Shown here: in pieces, positions 49,703 through 59,327 of the stretch
Layout of the letters: each line of letters begins with the position of its first letter
How positions within the stretch are numbered: position 1 is the stretch's first letter
From: Desulfomonilia bacterium
Lineage (GTDB): Bacteria; Desulfobacterota; Desulfomonilia; UBA1062
Assembly: GCA_963664325.2 (NCBI GenBank)
Contig: CAXXDQ010000003.1
Coordinates: 1,146,169 to 1,210,168 of the forward strand
DNA length: 64,000 nucleotides
Direction of reading: 5' to 3'
Notes under the pieces: model-generated
Database searches by the model: none
What the model was told of the DNA's origin: nothing
The model's input: the letters and a program-made list of their open reading frames with translations, nothing else
Position numbers and translations under genes: made by a program

Positions 49703-50277
49703 GCGCAGTAATATAAGGGCTATTTGAGAAATATTAAAAAAACAAGACCGGGACGTTGATAACTATTTAGTCCCCTTGACTTTATGGCCAGTTATGGAAA
49801 CGAAGTGCCCGGCCTTGATGGTCTGTTGCCTTGATGTGATTTTTGAAGATTAGATTTTGAAAGGTACAAGGTTAATTTGCTCAGACACGGGCATTTCTCA
49901 AAGCAATAATCTGAAGATTTCGTATTAATTTTTCAGAAAGGAAGCTGAAAATCATAGAATGAGGGGCAATCCCCCTTGTTTTTTCTGTAGTTGCTCCGAC
50001 TTGATCTGATAGTTCTCCTTTCTGATTTTGTTTTTATTACCCCTCAGAAAGAATAGCTCGTGGGTACTCTTCCATTAAGCACCCTCCTGTCAGATTTGAT
50101 CGGAACTATTACATTTATATTCTTTACAAATTCTATGATTAATATTCGCAACAACTAGAGTTTGTAAATTATACCTTCATGTTTGGTTGAACAATTTTTT
50201 GTTTAAATGTTATACAGGCTAGAGGTGATTCATCCATCGCATAATCTCATGGACACTGCTATTTTGAATTTATATAG

Positions 50278-50470
50278 GTTGCCTTGATTTATACCCTCAC
50301 AGATGACGCCTGAGCCGCCGAAAGCATCGCATGAAGATGGAGCATGCCGGACAGCACTCCATCTCTAAGGTACAATGAGCCGATATTAAAATCCGTCAAA
50401 GGCTCGAATCCGGTGATTCCTGTCCCGCGGCGCAACTTCTGCTTGAACCTTCAGGCGTATTATAGGGAAT
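50278..50470 (+). pseudogene. Decayed remnant of the 3' end of a phosphoesterase-family gene (paralog of 38008..40518)
   Basis: Region 50302-50455 aligns without gaps to 40351-40504 at roughly 70% identity by hand count. It translates as WSMPDSTPSLRYNEPILKSVKGSNPVIPVPRRNFCLNLQ, versus WSMPDQTPPLRHNELIWKSIKGVNSVMPAPRHNISLNLQ, with in-frame TGA codons upstream. Confidence 0.75.
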
Positions 50471-50655
50471 GACTTGCGGGATATGTCCCATTTCCATAAG
50501 GGGGAGTATGCCGATTAAAGCAATATGATGTGTTCCAATATGCGGATTATTTATTATGGAAGTTCCCTGTGAGCACACGACTTTTTTCTTTCCCTCAACC
50601 TTTGGCGTATAGTAAATAAGATACATTTGAGGATTATTACTGCAAAGGGGGAAAG

Positions 50656-52020
50656 ATGAGTAAGCATAAAATGAGCAGACGGGATATCATTACTCTGGCG
50701 CTTCTGTTCATCATGACACTGCTGTTGTTTGCGGACCAGATGATAATGTCGGCCATACTTCCTGAACTGTCGCGGGAATATGGGGCAAGTGAGACGACGC
50801 TGGGCCTGATCGGTTCCGCCTTTACTTTAGTCGGCGCCTTCATGAGCATCGTTTTCGGCTATGTTGCAGACAAAGCTTCGCGCAAGGTATTGCTCGTCAT
50901 AGTAATCCTCATCGGTGAAATCCCCTGCATTTTCACCGGTATCCCGTTCTTCACCCAGACGATAGGCTCTTTCGCTACACTGCGTTTGCTTTCCGGCATC
51001 GGATTGGGTGGGGTCCTTCCGGTGACCTATTCGGTCCTTGCCGATTATTTCAAGGAAGAGCATCGGGCGACGGCCTCGGCCTGGATGAACACGGCCTGGG
51101 CCGTTGGCGGCATCCTGGGCGTGGTCCTGGCCGGGTATCTCACCAACATCTACGGATGGAGGATTTCCTTCATCCTGATCGGTGTCCCCAACGTCCCCAT
51201 TGCACTTTTCTTCGCATTGTATGCAAAGGAGCCTGCCCGCGGAAGGACCGAGGATGCCCTGGAAGATCTTATTGAAAAGGGCCTGGTTTATAAACAGACC
51301 ATCCGCCTGAGCGACTTCAAGATCATCCTCCTGAACCGGACCAACCTGTACACGTTCCTCCAGGGTATCCCCGGGTGTGTGCCCTGGGGTATCCTTACCT
51401 ACTGGGCGATCACCTTCTTCCAGGAATACCGCCACATGACCAAGGAAATGGCCACTACGATATTCCTGGTGCTCGGCATCGGCAGTACAGTGGGCGGGCT
51501 GTTCTTTGCATATCTCGGAGAGTGGCTTTACAAGAAGTCTCCGAAGTACATGCCGATCTTGTGCGGGAGCATGGTGCTCATCGGCATTATCCCCAGCGTG
51601 ATCCTGCTTAATATGTCGGCGGCCAACTTCACGGTTTACCTCGTATTGGGCTTCTTTGTGGGGTTCCTCATCTCAGTGGGCATAGCCAATGTTCCGGCCA
51701 TTATCATGAACGTCAACCGGCCTGAGCACCGCGGGACTGTCTTCTCCGTTCTTAATATCACCGGAAATATAGGACAGGGATTGGGGCCGGCCATCGGCGG
51801 CCTGCTGGTACCCTTCGGCTACCTGCTAACCATGAATTTCGCCGTATCCTGGTGGATTCCCTGCGGACTGCTCCTTTTCATGGTCGCACGCTATATCACC
51901 CGGGACCGGGAATCGTTGCGCCGTCTCATGGAAGAACGCGCCGGTGCCATGATCGCTGACACAACAGCCGGGAATAAGACAGACGATATGACCCTCAAGG
52001 GGAATCCTGCAGGTCGGTGA
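50656..52020 (+). CDS. MFS transporter
   Basis: About 12 TM segments are present, and the MFS motif GYVADKASRKVLL lies between TM2 and TM3. Confidence 0.85.
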   Translation: MSKHKMSRRDIITLALLFIMTLLLFADQMIMSAILPELSREYGASETTLGLIGSAFTLVGAFMSIVFGYVADKASRKVLLVIVILIGEIPCIFTGIPFFTQTIGSFATLRLLSGIGLGGVLPVTYSVLADYFKEEHRATASAWMNTAWAVGGILGVVLAGYLTNIYGWRISFILIGVPNVPIALFFALYAKEPARGRTEDALEDLIEKGLVYKQTIRLSDFKIILLNRTNLYTFLQGIPGCVPWGILTYWAITFFQEYRHMTKEMATTIFLVLGIGSTVGGLFFAYLGEWLYKKSPKYMPILCGSMVLIGIIPSVILLNMSAANFTVYLVLGFFVGFLISVGIANVPAIIMNVNRPEHRGTVFSVLNITGNIGQGLGPAIGGLLVPFGYLLTMNFAVSWWIPCGLLLFMVARYITRDRESLRRLMEERAGAMIADTTAGNKTDDMTLKGNPAGR

Positions 52021-52107
52021 CCTTCCGGGGACGTCTGCAGACCGGATGACTTCAGATGATATTGAACCTTACTTAATTGAAGGTGTCATTTAAAGAACCC
52101 AGGATGT

Positions 52108-52800
52108 TCATGCAGGGATCCGGATAGTTTCGAGGAGCCCGTGCCCGTAAAGGGGTTCGCCGTGCCCGGCGTATAGACGCTCTATGCCGAGAAGCTGCAG
52201 GCGCTCAAGTGTCTGCCGCATCCGGCGCCTGTCCAGGATGCCGAAGGGAAGTGCGGCCTGGCCGTTGATGACAATGACAGTGTCCCCGGAGATGAGTGTC
52301 CTGGTCTCGCTCTGGTACAGGCAAATGGATTCGGGCGAATGTCCCGGGGTGAAGAGAACGGACCAGCCCGGATGTCCGGGCAAATCCATCCCGTCCGTGG
52401 CAATTATGTCAGCCTTGAGCGGACGGATGTGCATGAACGGATGAAGGAGCAGGGCGGGGTTGTTCTTTATGCCTGCATAAATTGATAAGGTGTTGTCAAA
52501 AAGAAAACGCGGACTGCGGAAAAGATCCTTCATGGGTGCGATTCTCTGAGCCGGCAGCACGATGCGTGCCCCTGTGAGCCGTTTGATCTTGCGGGCATTG
52601 CCCATGTGCTCGATATGCGCATGTGTGGGCACCAGAAGATCAATGTCGGCCAATGACTTTCCCAAGGACCGCAATGCTGCAGAGATTGCCTGCAAATCGT
52701 TGGGGCTGCCCGTGTCGACAAGCACAATCCTCTCGCCCAGGATGAGGTAGACGTTCGAGATTCGACCCTTGACCTGGCATACTGTCACAGAACTGTTCAT
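52108..52800 (-). CDS. Metallo-beta-lactamase fold hydrolase
   Basis: VDTGS and THAHIEHMG (an HxHxEH variant of HxHxDH) are present, along with TPGHSPES and GD. Confidence 0.8.
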   Translation of the reverse strand: MNSSVTVCQVKGRISNVYLILGERIVLVDTGSPNDLQAISAALRSLGKSLADIDLLVPTHAHIEHMGNARKIKRLTGARIVLPAQRIAPMKDLFRSPRFLFDNTLSIYAGIKNNPALLLHPFMHIRPLKADIIATDGMDLPGHPGWSVLFTPGHSPESICLYQSETRTLISGDTVIVINGQAALPFGILDRRRMRQTLERLQLLGIERLYAGHGEPLYGHGLLETIRIPA

Positions 52801-52932
52801 CTTCAGAAATCCTTACGGGTTTTCTAGCATATCGTTGACAGAAAAGGGAGCGGTAAGGCAGTATTCCATTCAATGAACGACAGGATGAAATATTACACAT
52901 TCTAAACGTCCTGTAAAAAATGGAGGGATGTG

Positions 52933-53997
52933 ATGGAACTGGGCATTATGAGTCGCGCTCTTGATCAAGCAGGCAGCCTGGTGGACGAGCTGTTCCTGGC
53001 TCCGGCCAAGCTGACGGCGCCGCTATGGTCAGGCCGTGCTTTTGACCGGGTGGCATACGAGAAGGAGCTCGATTACTATATTGAAAACGGATATGTGGAT
53101 AAGCCCGAAACCTTCTTTACACTGCCGGAGAAGCTCCCGGAATTTTCTGTGATTGAACAGAATCTGTATCCCGGTGGGACCTGCGAGGTCATTGCCTATA
53201 CAAGCGGCTATGAGACGCGCAGTCCGCTTCTCAGGCAGAGGTTCAATGCCTATGCGGCAAACAGGACGGGATATCTTGTATGCTGGCGGCACGGGGATGC
53301 GGGACGGAAAACCGTGCTCTGCATACACGGGTTCATGATGGGAGAGCCGCGACAGGCCCACCGGATGTTCAGAATGCAAAAGCTCTTTGCCTTGGGGCTT
53401 GATGTCGGGCTCTTCATCCATCCCTTTCACTGGAGACGTGCCCCGGGCAGCAGGCTGACAAGCAGGATATACCTGCAGCCGGAAGACGTGTGTTTCATGA
53501 GTGAATGCGCGGGGCAGAGTGTGCATGACATGGGAAACGCTATGGCAATTCTCAAGGACCGGGGGGCCGGCGAAATCGGCCTGATCGGCGCGAGCCTGGG
53601 AGGTTATGCCCTTGCCGACTTCATCGGAAAAGAGTCCAGCCCGCGCTTTGCTGCGCTGATGGTCCCGGCTGTGAACTTCATGCAGCCTCTCGGACTGCAG
53701 CATTGGCTCAGGCGTTTTCCCGTCGATGACGTTTTGTGGGAAAAGGTACGCAAGGTCTGTGGGCTTACCTCGCCGCTTAATCTCATGCCCAGAATACCCG
53801 TTGAAAACATCATGGTGATAGCGTCACGCGGGGACCGGCTGTGTCCCTTCGAAAGGGTGCAGGAACTCTGCAGAAAGTGGGGGTTAACCCGCTGCCATTT
53901 CCGTACCGGCGGCCATTGGCTGGTATTTACGAATATCCGGGGCCGTGCCTGGTACGGTTTTCTTAAGGACATGGGATTCATTGCTTCCGGCCATTGA
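52933..53997 (+). CDS. Alpha/beta hydrolase fold protein
   Basis: It has HGFMMG, the nucleophile elbow GASLGG, and the late SRGDRLCP and GGHW motifs. The ATG at 52933 follows a GGAGGG RBS. Confidence 0.7.
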   Translation: MELGIMSRALDQAGSLVDELFLAPAKLTAPLWSGRAFDRVAYEKELDYYIENGYVDKPETFFTLPEKLPEFSVIEQNLYPGGTCEVIAYTSGYETRSPLLRQRFNAYAANRTGYLVCWRHGDAGRKTVLCIHGFMMGEPRQAHRMFRMQKLFALGLDVGLFIHPFHWRRAPGSRLTSRIYLQPEDVCFMSECAGQSVHDMGNAMAILKDRGAGEIGLIGASLGGYALADFIGKESSPRFAALMVPAVNFMQPLGLQHWLRRFPVDDVLWEKVRKVCGLTSPLNLMPRIPVENIMVIASRGDRLCPFERVQELCRKWGLTRCHFRTGGHWLVFTNIRGRAWYGFLKDMGFIASGH

Positions 53998-54301
53998 TGT
54001 TTCTTCTGCACATTCGCAAATGAGAGACATCCACCGGAAAAGGGACGTGACCTTAATCGCAATTGTATAATATTCCACGCTCTAACCCCAGCTTGAGACT
54101 GCCAAGACAAGCGATATGGGGCCAGGCTGGTGGAATTTGATCCCGATTCCACACACATGGAAAGACCGCTTATGTGGTCCCAAGGGTGCAGGCCTGGTAG
54201 ATGGTGGATTTGAGACACCCTGACTGGTTGACATGGTTTGAGGACGATGGTACCTTACGCGCGCCGCCAATGGCTATTATGCAATGTAAGGAGAGGTAGG
54301 C

Positions 54302-55550
54302 GTGGGTAGAAAACCCTTGCAAACGCAAAGCGGAGATATCAATACCAGGGACCGTCTTCTTAATGCCGCGCTTCATGAGTTTAACGAAAAGGGATACTAT
54401 CTTACGAATGGTGACACCATTACCAAGCACGCAGGATTGGGGCACGGAACTTTCTATATTTATTTCAAGAACAAAAATGAAGTGCTTATAGAGCTTTTGC
54501 GCCGGTCTACCACAGCCATTCCATATACCGCCTATCGCGATGATCCGCATTATCTAATACGAAATTCCGGCAGCCCTGCAGAGTTCGAAGCGGCAATCAT
54601 GGAGCTGGTCAAACCCTTATTCGAAATTCCGGGATTGCTCAGGGCTTTTTTCAAGGGCATGTTGCAGGATCGAGAGATCATCGCCTTCGGGATGAAAATC
54701 GGGCAGGATCTGGCCCACATGTTCAAGCTCATCATCGCTGCACGCCAGAAAGAGGGTGTATTGCGGGAATGTGATGCCAGCATGTTGTCAAAAATCATTA
54801 CGGTATGTCTCTCGGCCTCGATATTGTTAACGACCGCCCGGATCATCACGTGCAGCCCGAAGGTGTTGATCCGCAATCTGTGCGGGATCGTTATCCCGGT
54901 GCTCTTCCCGGACAAGCAGCGCAAAAAGTCCGGCAGGATCAGGATGGCCAGTCTGGAAAATGATAAGAAAATCAGGCATGAGCTGCTCAAGGCCGCCAGG
55001 GAAGAGTTTATTGCACATGGTTACTTCGAGGCAAAGATCGCTCACATTACCAAAAGATCAGGCTGCTCCCGTCGCACCTTTTATCACTATTATAAAAACA
55101 AAGATGAACTTATGAGAGAGCTCTTCCTTGAAATGCTGAGGAGCTTATATCCGCAGGCCGATACGCGCAGTAATTTCATAGAAGCACTTGATGCTGCATC
55201 CATAGAGGATTTGGTGAGTCTCCTGACCCGGATTATACAGGCCTTTGATACCCCGATAAATTGGGCATTCTTGCAGGGATTCTTCAATAGTTCCGAACTG
55301 ACGCAGGACTACAATGAAATTTTTGCCCTCTACAGCGATTTGATCATGAAAAAGATTGTAATGTTGCAGGCTCAGGGACTGTGCACTGGCGTGGATCCCG
55401 GGGGTGGCGGCATATATCATCGTGGCAACGGTCAGTTATACGGCCTTTCTGCGCTCGGCCGGTTTTATCGAAGGTTCCGTACACAAATGCGCAGTAAATC
55501 TGGGTTGGTTTCTTTTATTCTTCGTTAACCATATGCCGTCAGGAAATTGA
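54302..55550 (+). CDS. Tandem-duplicated TetR/AcrR-family regulator (two HTH plus ligand-domain modules); C-terminus shifted at a G5 run
   Basis: The HTH modules are RDRLLNAALHEFNEKGYYLTNGDTITKHAGLGHGTFYIYFKNKNEVL and RHELLKAAREEFIAHGYFEAKIAHITKRSGCSRRTFYHYYKNKDELM. Reading G5 at 55400-55404 as G4 gives DPGVAAYIIVATVSYTAFLRSAGFIEGSVHKCAVNLGWFLLFFVNHMPSGN*, ending at 55550. Confidence 0.8.
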
Positions 55551-55704
55551 TGCCGACCTTCCTTCGGTACATCAAATTCGCTCATTCTTAGTTTAGATAA
55601 AACAGTTCCAAGCTTTTTAAATAAATCTTTCATGCTCCCGTACGCAATATACATGAAGCTTGTTTTACCTTGTCCTTTGATCAGGCATTGGCATGGTCAT
55701 AAAA

Positions 55705-55836
55705 TGACTAACTGCGCAATAAAAAGTAATAATTAATGATGACAATGAGACAATCACGAAAATAATTAATGTGACAAATAGTGACTATAATGTGCTTGAC
55801 ATTGTATTGCGTATAATATACCCAAGTGACTAACTG
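55705..55836 (+). promoter_or_regulatory. Candidate operator/promoter region: perfect 10-bp direct repeats flanking TATAAT boxes
   Basis: TGACTAACTG occurs at 55705-55714 and 55827-55836. Related GTGAC(A/T)A copies lie at 55771 and 55781. TATAAT occurs at 55786-55791 and 55812-55817, and TTGACA at 55796-55801. The region sits between the TetR gene and the flavoprotein operon. Confidence 0.4.
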
Positions 55837-55889
55837 TGAAAATAAAACCTTTAGCGTCTTGATATTTTGTCCGATTGGGAGGGAACTAG

Positions 55890-56549
55890 ATGGAAGCACA
55901 ATCACGTATAATATGGGATTTTCTTCGATTGTCATACCAGCGCGGCCTGATGGATGAATTGATGGCATTGGGGAATCTGTTGAATCCCGATATGGATCTG
56001 GTCGATGCCCTTGAGAATTTTGAAGAAGTGGTAATGGCCAAGGATCTGGAACCATTCACCACGGTCTGGCAGGAACAGATAGAGCCCTTGATCAAGTCCA
56101 TGACCAATGCCCGGAGTATTGACGCTCTGCGAGCAATCCTGCAAACACTGCGCCCTTTGCTGACAAGGTTCGCCGCCGGAGCTGGAAACGTGGAATTGCT
56201 CAACACCATGCAGGCTGTGGTGAACCTAAAACCTCACATTACTGTACTGCTGCACGATCTGGGGCCGCTGGCCATCCCTTACATGCAAAAGTTTTTGCAT
56301 GAAAATTCAGGAAAACTCCTGGGCCGGGGTCTGAATGCCATGAGCATTGCTATACTTCAAACTCACAAGCAGCAGCCAAAAATAATCAAGGATGTTTTTA
56401 CCGATCTTTTCCAAACACTTGATACCGGTCAGTTTGGTAAGGCCATGGAAATTATCCTGGGCGATTTCCTCGATCAACGTCCGAAGATTGTGCGCTGGTC
56501 GCTTGGGGCCACCTTCTCACGGATTAGGAAACGTTTAACGCATTCATAA
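55890..56549 (+). CDS. Hypothetical helical protein, first gene of the flavoprotein/ETF operon
   Basis: It has a GGGAGGGA RBS, is 219 aa and has no TM segment. I recognise no family. Confidence 0.55.
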   Translation: MEAQSRIIWDFLRLSYQRGLMDELMALGNLLNPDMDLVDALENFEEVVMAKDLEPFTTVWQEQIEPLIKSMTNARSIDALRAILQTLRPLLTRFAAGAGNVELLNTMQAVVNLKPHITVLLHDLGPLAIPYMQKFLHENSGKLLGRGLNAMSIAILQTHKQQPKIIKDVFTDLFQTLDTGQFGKAMEIILGDFLDQRPKIVRWSLGATFSRIRKRLTHS

Positions 56550-56553
56550 GGGG

Positions 56554-58047
56554 ATGAATATGAGTTCAGCCAAAACCATTGCATGGGATGAAATCGTTGG
56601 TGAAGGTGGAGTTATAGCCGACAAGAAAACCCTGAGTTCGTTCAGTAGGGATGGTAGTTTTACCATAGGAAGTCAGCCTCGAAGTGTAGTCAGGCCACGC
56701 AACGCAGTCGAGGTCCGTGAAATAATACAGCTTGCCAATCAAAAGGGCGTTCCTCTCATCCCCCGTTCGTCGACCGGACCGCGTTTTCGCGGCGATACCG
56801 TGCCCCAGGCGCCGGATAGCGTAATAGTTGATCTTGCGGGGATGGATGCCATCCTGCGCCTAGATGTCCGGAACAAGGTGGCTATGATCGAACCCGGTGT
56901 AACCTTCGGTTCCCTCCAGGACGCCTGCGCCAAGGCCGGTTTGCGTGTTCCGGTGCCGCTCCTGCCTCGCCCAGCCAAATCGGTGATGGCAAGCTATTTG
57001 GAGCGTGAGCCCCATACCATCCCCAAGTATCATTGGGATATGTCGGATCCCATCTGCTGTCTTGAGATGGTCTTCGGTACAGGGGACTTCTTCCGTACCG
57101 GTTCAGCGGCCGGACCGGGCACCTTGGAACAGCAGTGGGCCGTGGGCCAGGCCCAAAAGACACCCATGGGACCTTCGCAGACCGATTTCATGAAGATCAT
57201 GCAAGGTTCCCAGGGAACCATGGGCATTGCGACATGGGCTACCATCAAACTGGAGGTTTTGCCCAGGGCGCAGAAAGGCTTCTTTGTGACCGCACCCCGA
57301 CTGGAAGACCTGGTGGATTTCACATATCGCATCCAGCGAGCGAAATTGCCCGATGAATGCTTCATCCTGAACCATGTGACCCTGGCCTCCATAATCTGCG
57401 CCGATGTACGGGAGCGCGACAACCTGATCAAAACCTTGCCGGAGTGGCTTCTCTTCTATGCTGTGGCGGGTTATGAACACTTCCCGCAGGAACGTGTCGA
57501 CTATGTCACGCAGGATATCGCCGAGACCGCCCATATGTGCGGCGTCAATCCCGTTGAGTTCGCGGGCGGAATCTCAGCGCTCAAGCTGTTGTCCCTTCTG
57601 TCACGGCCGAGCGATGAGCCCTATTGGAAGATCAGGCACAGGGGCGGATGCCAGGATATTTTCTTCCTGAATACGCTCGACCGGGCGCATGAGTTTGTGG
57701 CGGAACTCAGGACCGCATGTGCGCGGCATGACTTTCCCGGCAGTGATTGCGGAGTGTATATTCAACCCATCCAGCAGGGCCGCAACGTGCATATCGAGTT
57801 CGAACTCATGTACAACCCGCAGGACACCGCTGCCCTGGAGAGGGTCAAAAAACTCTATGAAGACCTCAGCACGACGACCTCATCACTTGGCGGATTTTTT
57901 TCGCGGCCGTACGGCATCTGGTCCGATCTGGCATATCGTAAATGTCCCGATACGGTCGCAGCCCTGGGCAAGGTCAAGTCGATCCTCGATCCGGGCGGGA
58001 TTATGAATCCAGGAAAACTATGCTTCGGCAAAGGAGTCGAACGATGA
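56554..58047 (+). CDS. FAD-binding oxidoreductase (FAD_binding_4 / GlcD-like, vanillyl-alcohol-oxidase superfamily)
   Basis: The N-terminal FAD-binding PCMH-type domain contains VVRPRNAVEVREIIQLANQKGVPLIPRSS...MIEPGVTFGSL...GSQGTMGIAT. A C-terminal oxidase domain ends ILDPGGIMNPGK. Confidence 0.8.
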   Translation: MNMSSAKTIAWDEIVGEGGVIADKKTLSSFSRDGSFTIGSQPRSVVRPRNAVEVREIIQLANQKGVPLIPRSSTGPRFRGDTVPQAPDSVIVDLAGMDAILRLDVRNKVAMIEPGVTFGSLQDACAKAGLRVPVPLLPRPAKSVMASYLEREPHTIPKYHWDMSDPICCLEMVFGTGDFFRTGSAAGPGTLEQQWAVGQAQKTPMGPSQTDFMKIMQGSQGTMGIATWATIKLEVLPRAQKGFFVTAPRLEDLVDFTYRIQRAKLPDECFILNHVTLASIICADVRERDNLIKTLPEWLLFYAVAGYEHFPQERVDYVTQDIAETAHMCGVNPVEFAGGISALKLLSLLSRPSDEPYWKIRHRGGCQDIFFLNTLDRAHEFVAELRTACARHDFPGSDCGVYIQPIQQGRNVHIEFELMYNPQDTAALERVKKLYEDLSTTTSSLGGFFSRPYGIWSDLAYRKCPDTVAALGKVKSILDPGGIMNPGKLCFGKGVER

Positions 58048-59327
58048 CGTTACAGGAACTTAAACCGGATATGGAGGGCTGCGCGCGCTGCTCACACTGC
58101 AAATGGGTACCGCACCTTCAAATCAAGAGCTGGAGATATGCAAAGGTGTGCCCTTCCGTAGACCGCTATCACTTCCACAGCTACTCCGGGGGCGGGAAAA
58201 TGAATATGGGCAACTCGTATCTGGAAGGACGCAGTAAACTCTCGGACACCGTGGCCCAGGTGATCTACCGCTGCCAGCTCTGCGGCGCCTGCCAGGTCTC
58301 CTGCCAATGTTACCGGGACGATATCGATCTGGCGGATGTCCTCCTGGCCATGCGCAGCACATGCGTGGAACAAGGGTACGTGCTGTCAGAACACCTCGAT
58401 ATGATCGAAAGCATGAAACGCGAAGACAATACCATGTACATGCTCAAGGCGGACCGGGGCAAGTGGTCCGAAGGTCTGGACCTTATCGATATCAATCAGG
58501 AAAAAGCGGATGTGCTTTTCCATGCCGGGTGCCGGTACTCCTATGATGAGGATTTGCGCGATATCGTCCGCGGTACCGCCATGCTCCTGAAGTCTTCCGG
58601 CGTGCGCATTGGGGTTGCCGGCAAGGATGAGGCATGTTGCGGCGGCCGGGCTTACGAGATCGGATATCAGAGCGAGATGAAAAACTATGCCGAAGACATG
58701 GCCAGCCGGGTCAAGGCCTCGGGTGCACATACTTTGGTCACCCCCTGCTCGGACTGTTACTATACCTTTAAATATCTCTATCCGAAAAACGGACTCGATA
58801 TGGGGATCAAGGTTCTTCATACAACCGAGTATATGGACCGGCTCATCAAGGAGGGGCAATTCCGTCCGCAGATTGAGATCCCGATCAAAGTAACCTATCA
58901 TGATCCCTGTCACCTCGGCCGCCGGGGTGAGATCTACAAAGGCGGTTGGCAGGGCAACAACAAGCTTATGCGTCCTTCGCGCCTGAAACAGACCGGTAAG
59001 ATGGGCATCTTCGATGCGCCGCGTGATATCCTCACATCCATCCCCGGTGTCGAACTGAGCGAGATGGAGCGTATCCGGGAATTCAGCTGGTGTTGCGGAG
59101 CCGGCGGCGGGGTTCTTGAGGCCGAGCCGGAATTTGCAGCGTGGACCGCTAAGGAGCGGCTTGAAGAAGCGGCCGCTACAGGAGCGGAGGCCCTGGTAAC
59201 GGCCTGTCCCTGGTGTGAACGGGTTTTCAAGGATGCAATAATTGAAAGTGGTTCGCATCTCAAGGTCATGGATGTGATGGAGCTTCTGATCGAATCACTC
59301 AATGGAGGCAGTCATGCTACCACCTGA
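58044..59327 (+). CDS. (Fe-S)-binding protein with two CCG domains (GlcF/HdrD-like)
   Basis: The start overlaps the upstream stop in an ATGA. Cys clusters are CARCSHC, CPS and CQLCGACQVSC. CCG motifs are EACCGGRAYE and FSWCCGAGGG. Confidence 0.85.
   Translation: MTLQELKPDMEGCARCSHCKWVPHLQIKSWRYAKVCPSVDRYHFHSYSGGGKMNMGNSYLEGRSKLSDTVAQVIYRCQLCGACQVSCQCYRDDIDLADVLLAMRSTCVEQGYVLSEHLDMIESMKREDNTMYMLKADRGKWSEGLDLIDINQEKADVLFHAGCRYSYDEDLRDIVRGTAMLLKSSGVRIGVAGKDEACCGGRAYEIGYQSEMKNYAEDMASRVKASGAHTLVTPCSDCYYTFKYLYPKNGLDMGIKVLHTTEYMDRLIKEGQFRPQIEIPIKVTYHDPCHLGRRGEIYKGGWQGNNKLMRPSRLKQTGKMGIFDAPRDILTSIPGVELSEMERIREFSWCCGAGGGVLEAEPEFAAWTAKERLEEAAATGAEALVTACPWCERVFKDAIIESGSHLKVMDVMELLIESLNGGSHATT

Noticed and set aside
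50395-50420. GGCTCGAATCC, resembling a tRNA T-arm
   Set aside because: No acceptor stem or anticodon arm can be built around it. The segment is part of the phosphoesterase 3'-end remnant and aligns to coding sequence at 40450.
50396-50626. A 76-aa minus-strand ORF downstream of the island
   Set aside because: It overlaps the phosphoesterase remnant antisense, has no RBS and belongs to no family I recognise.
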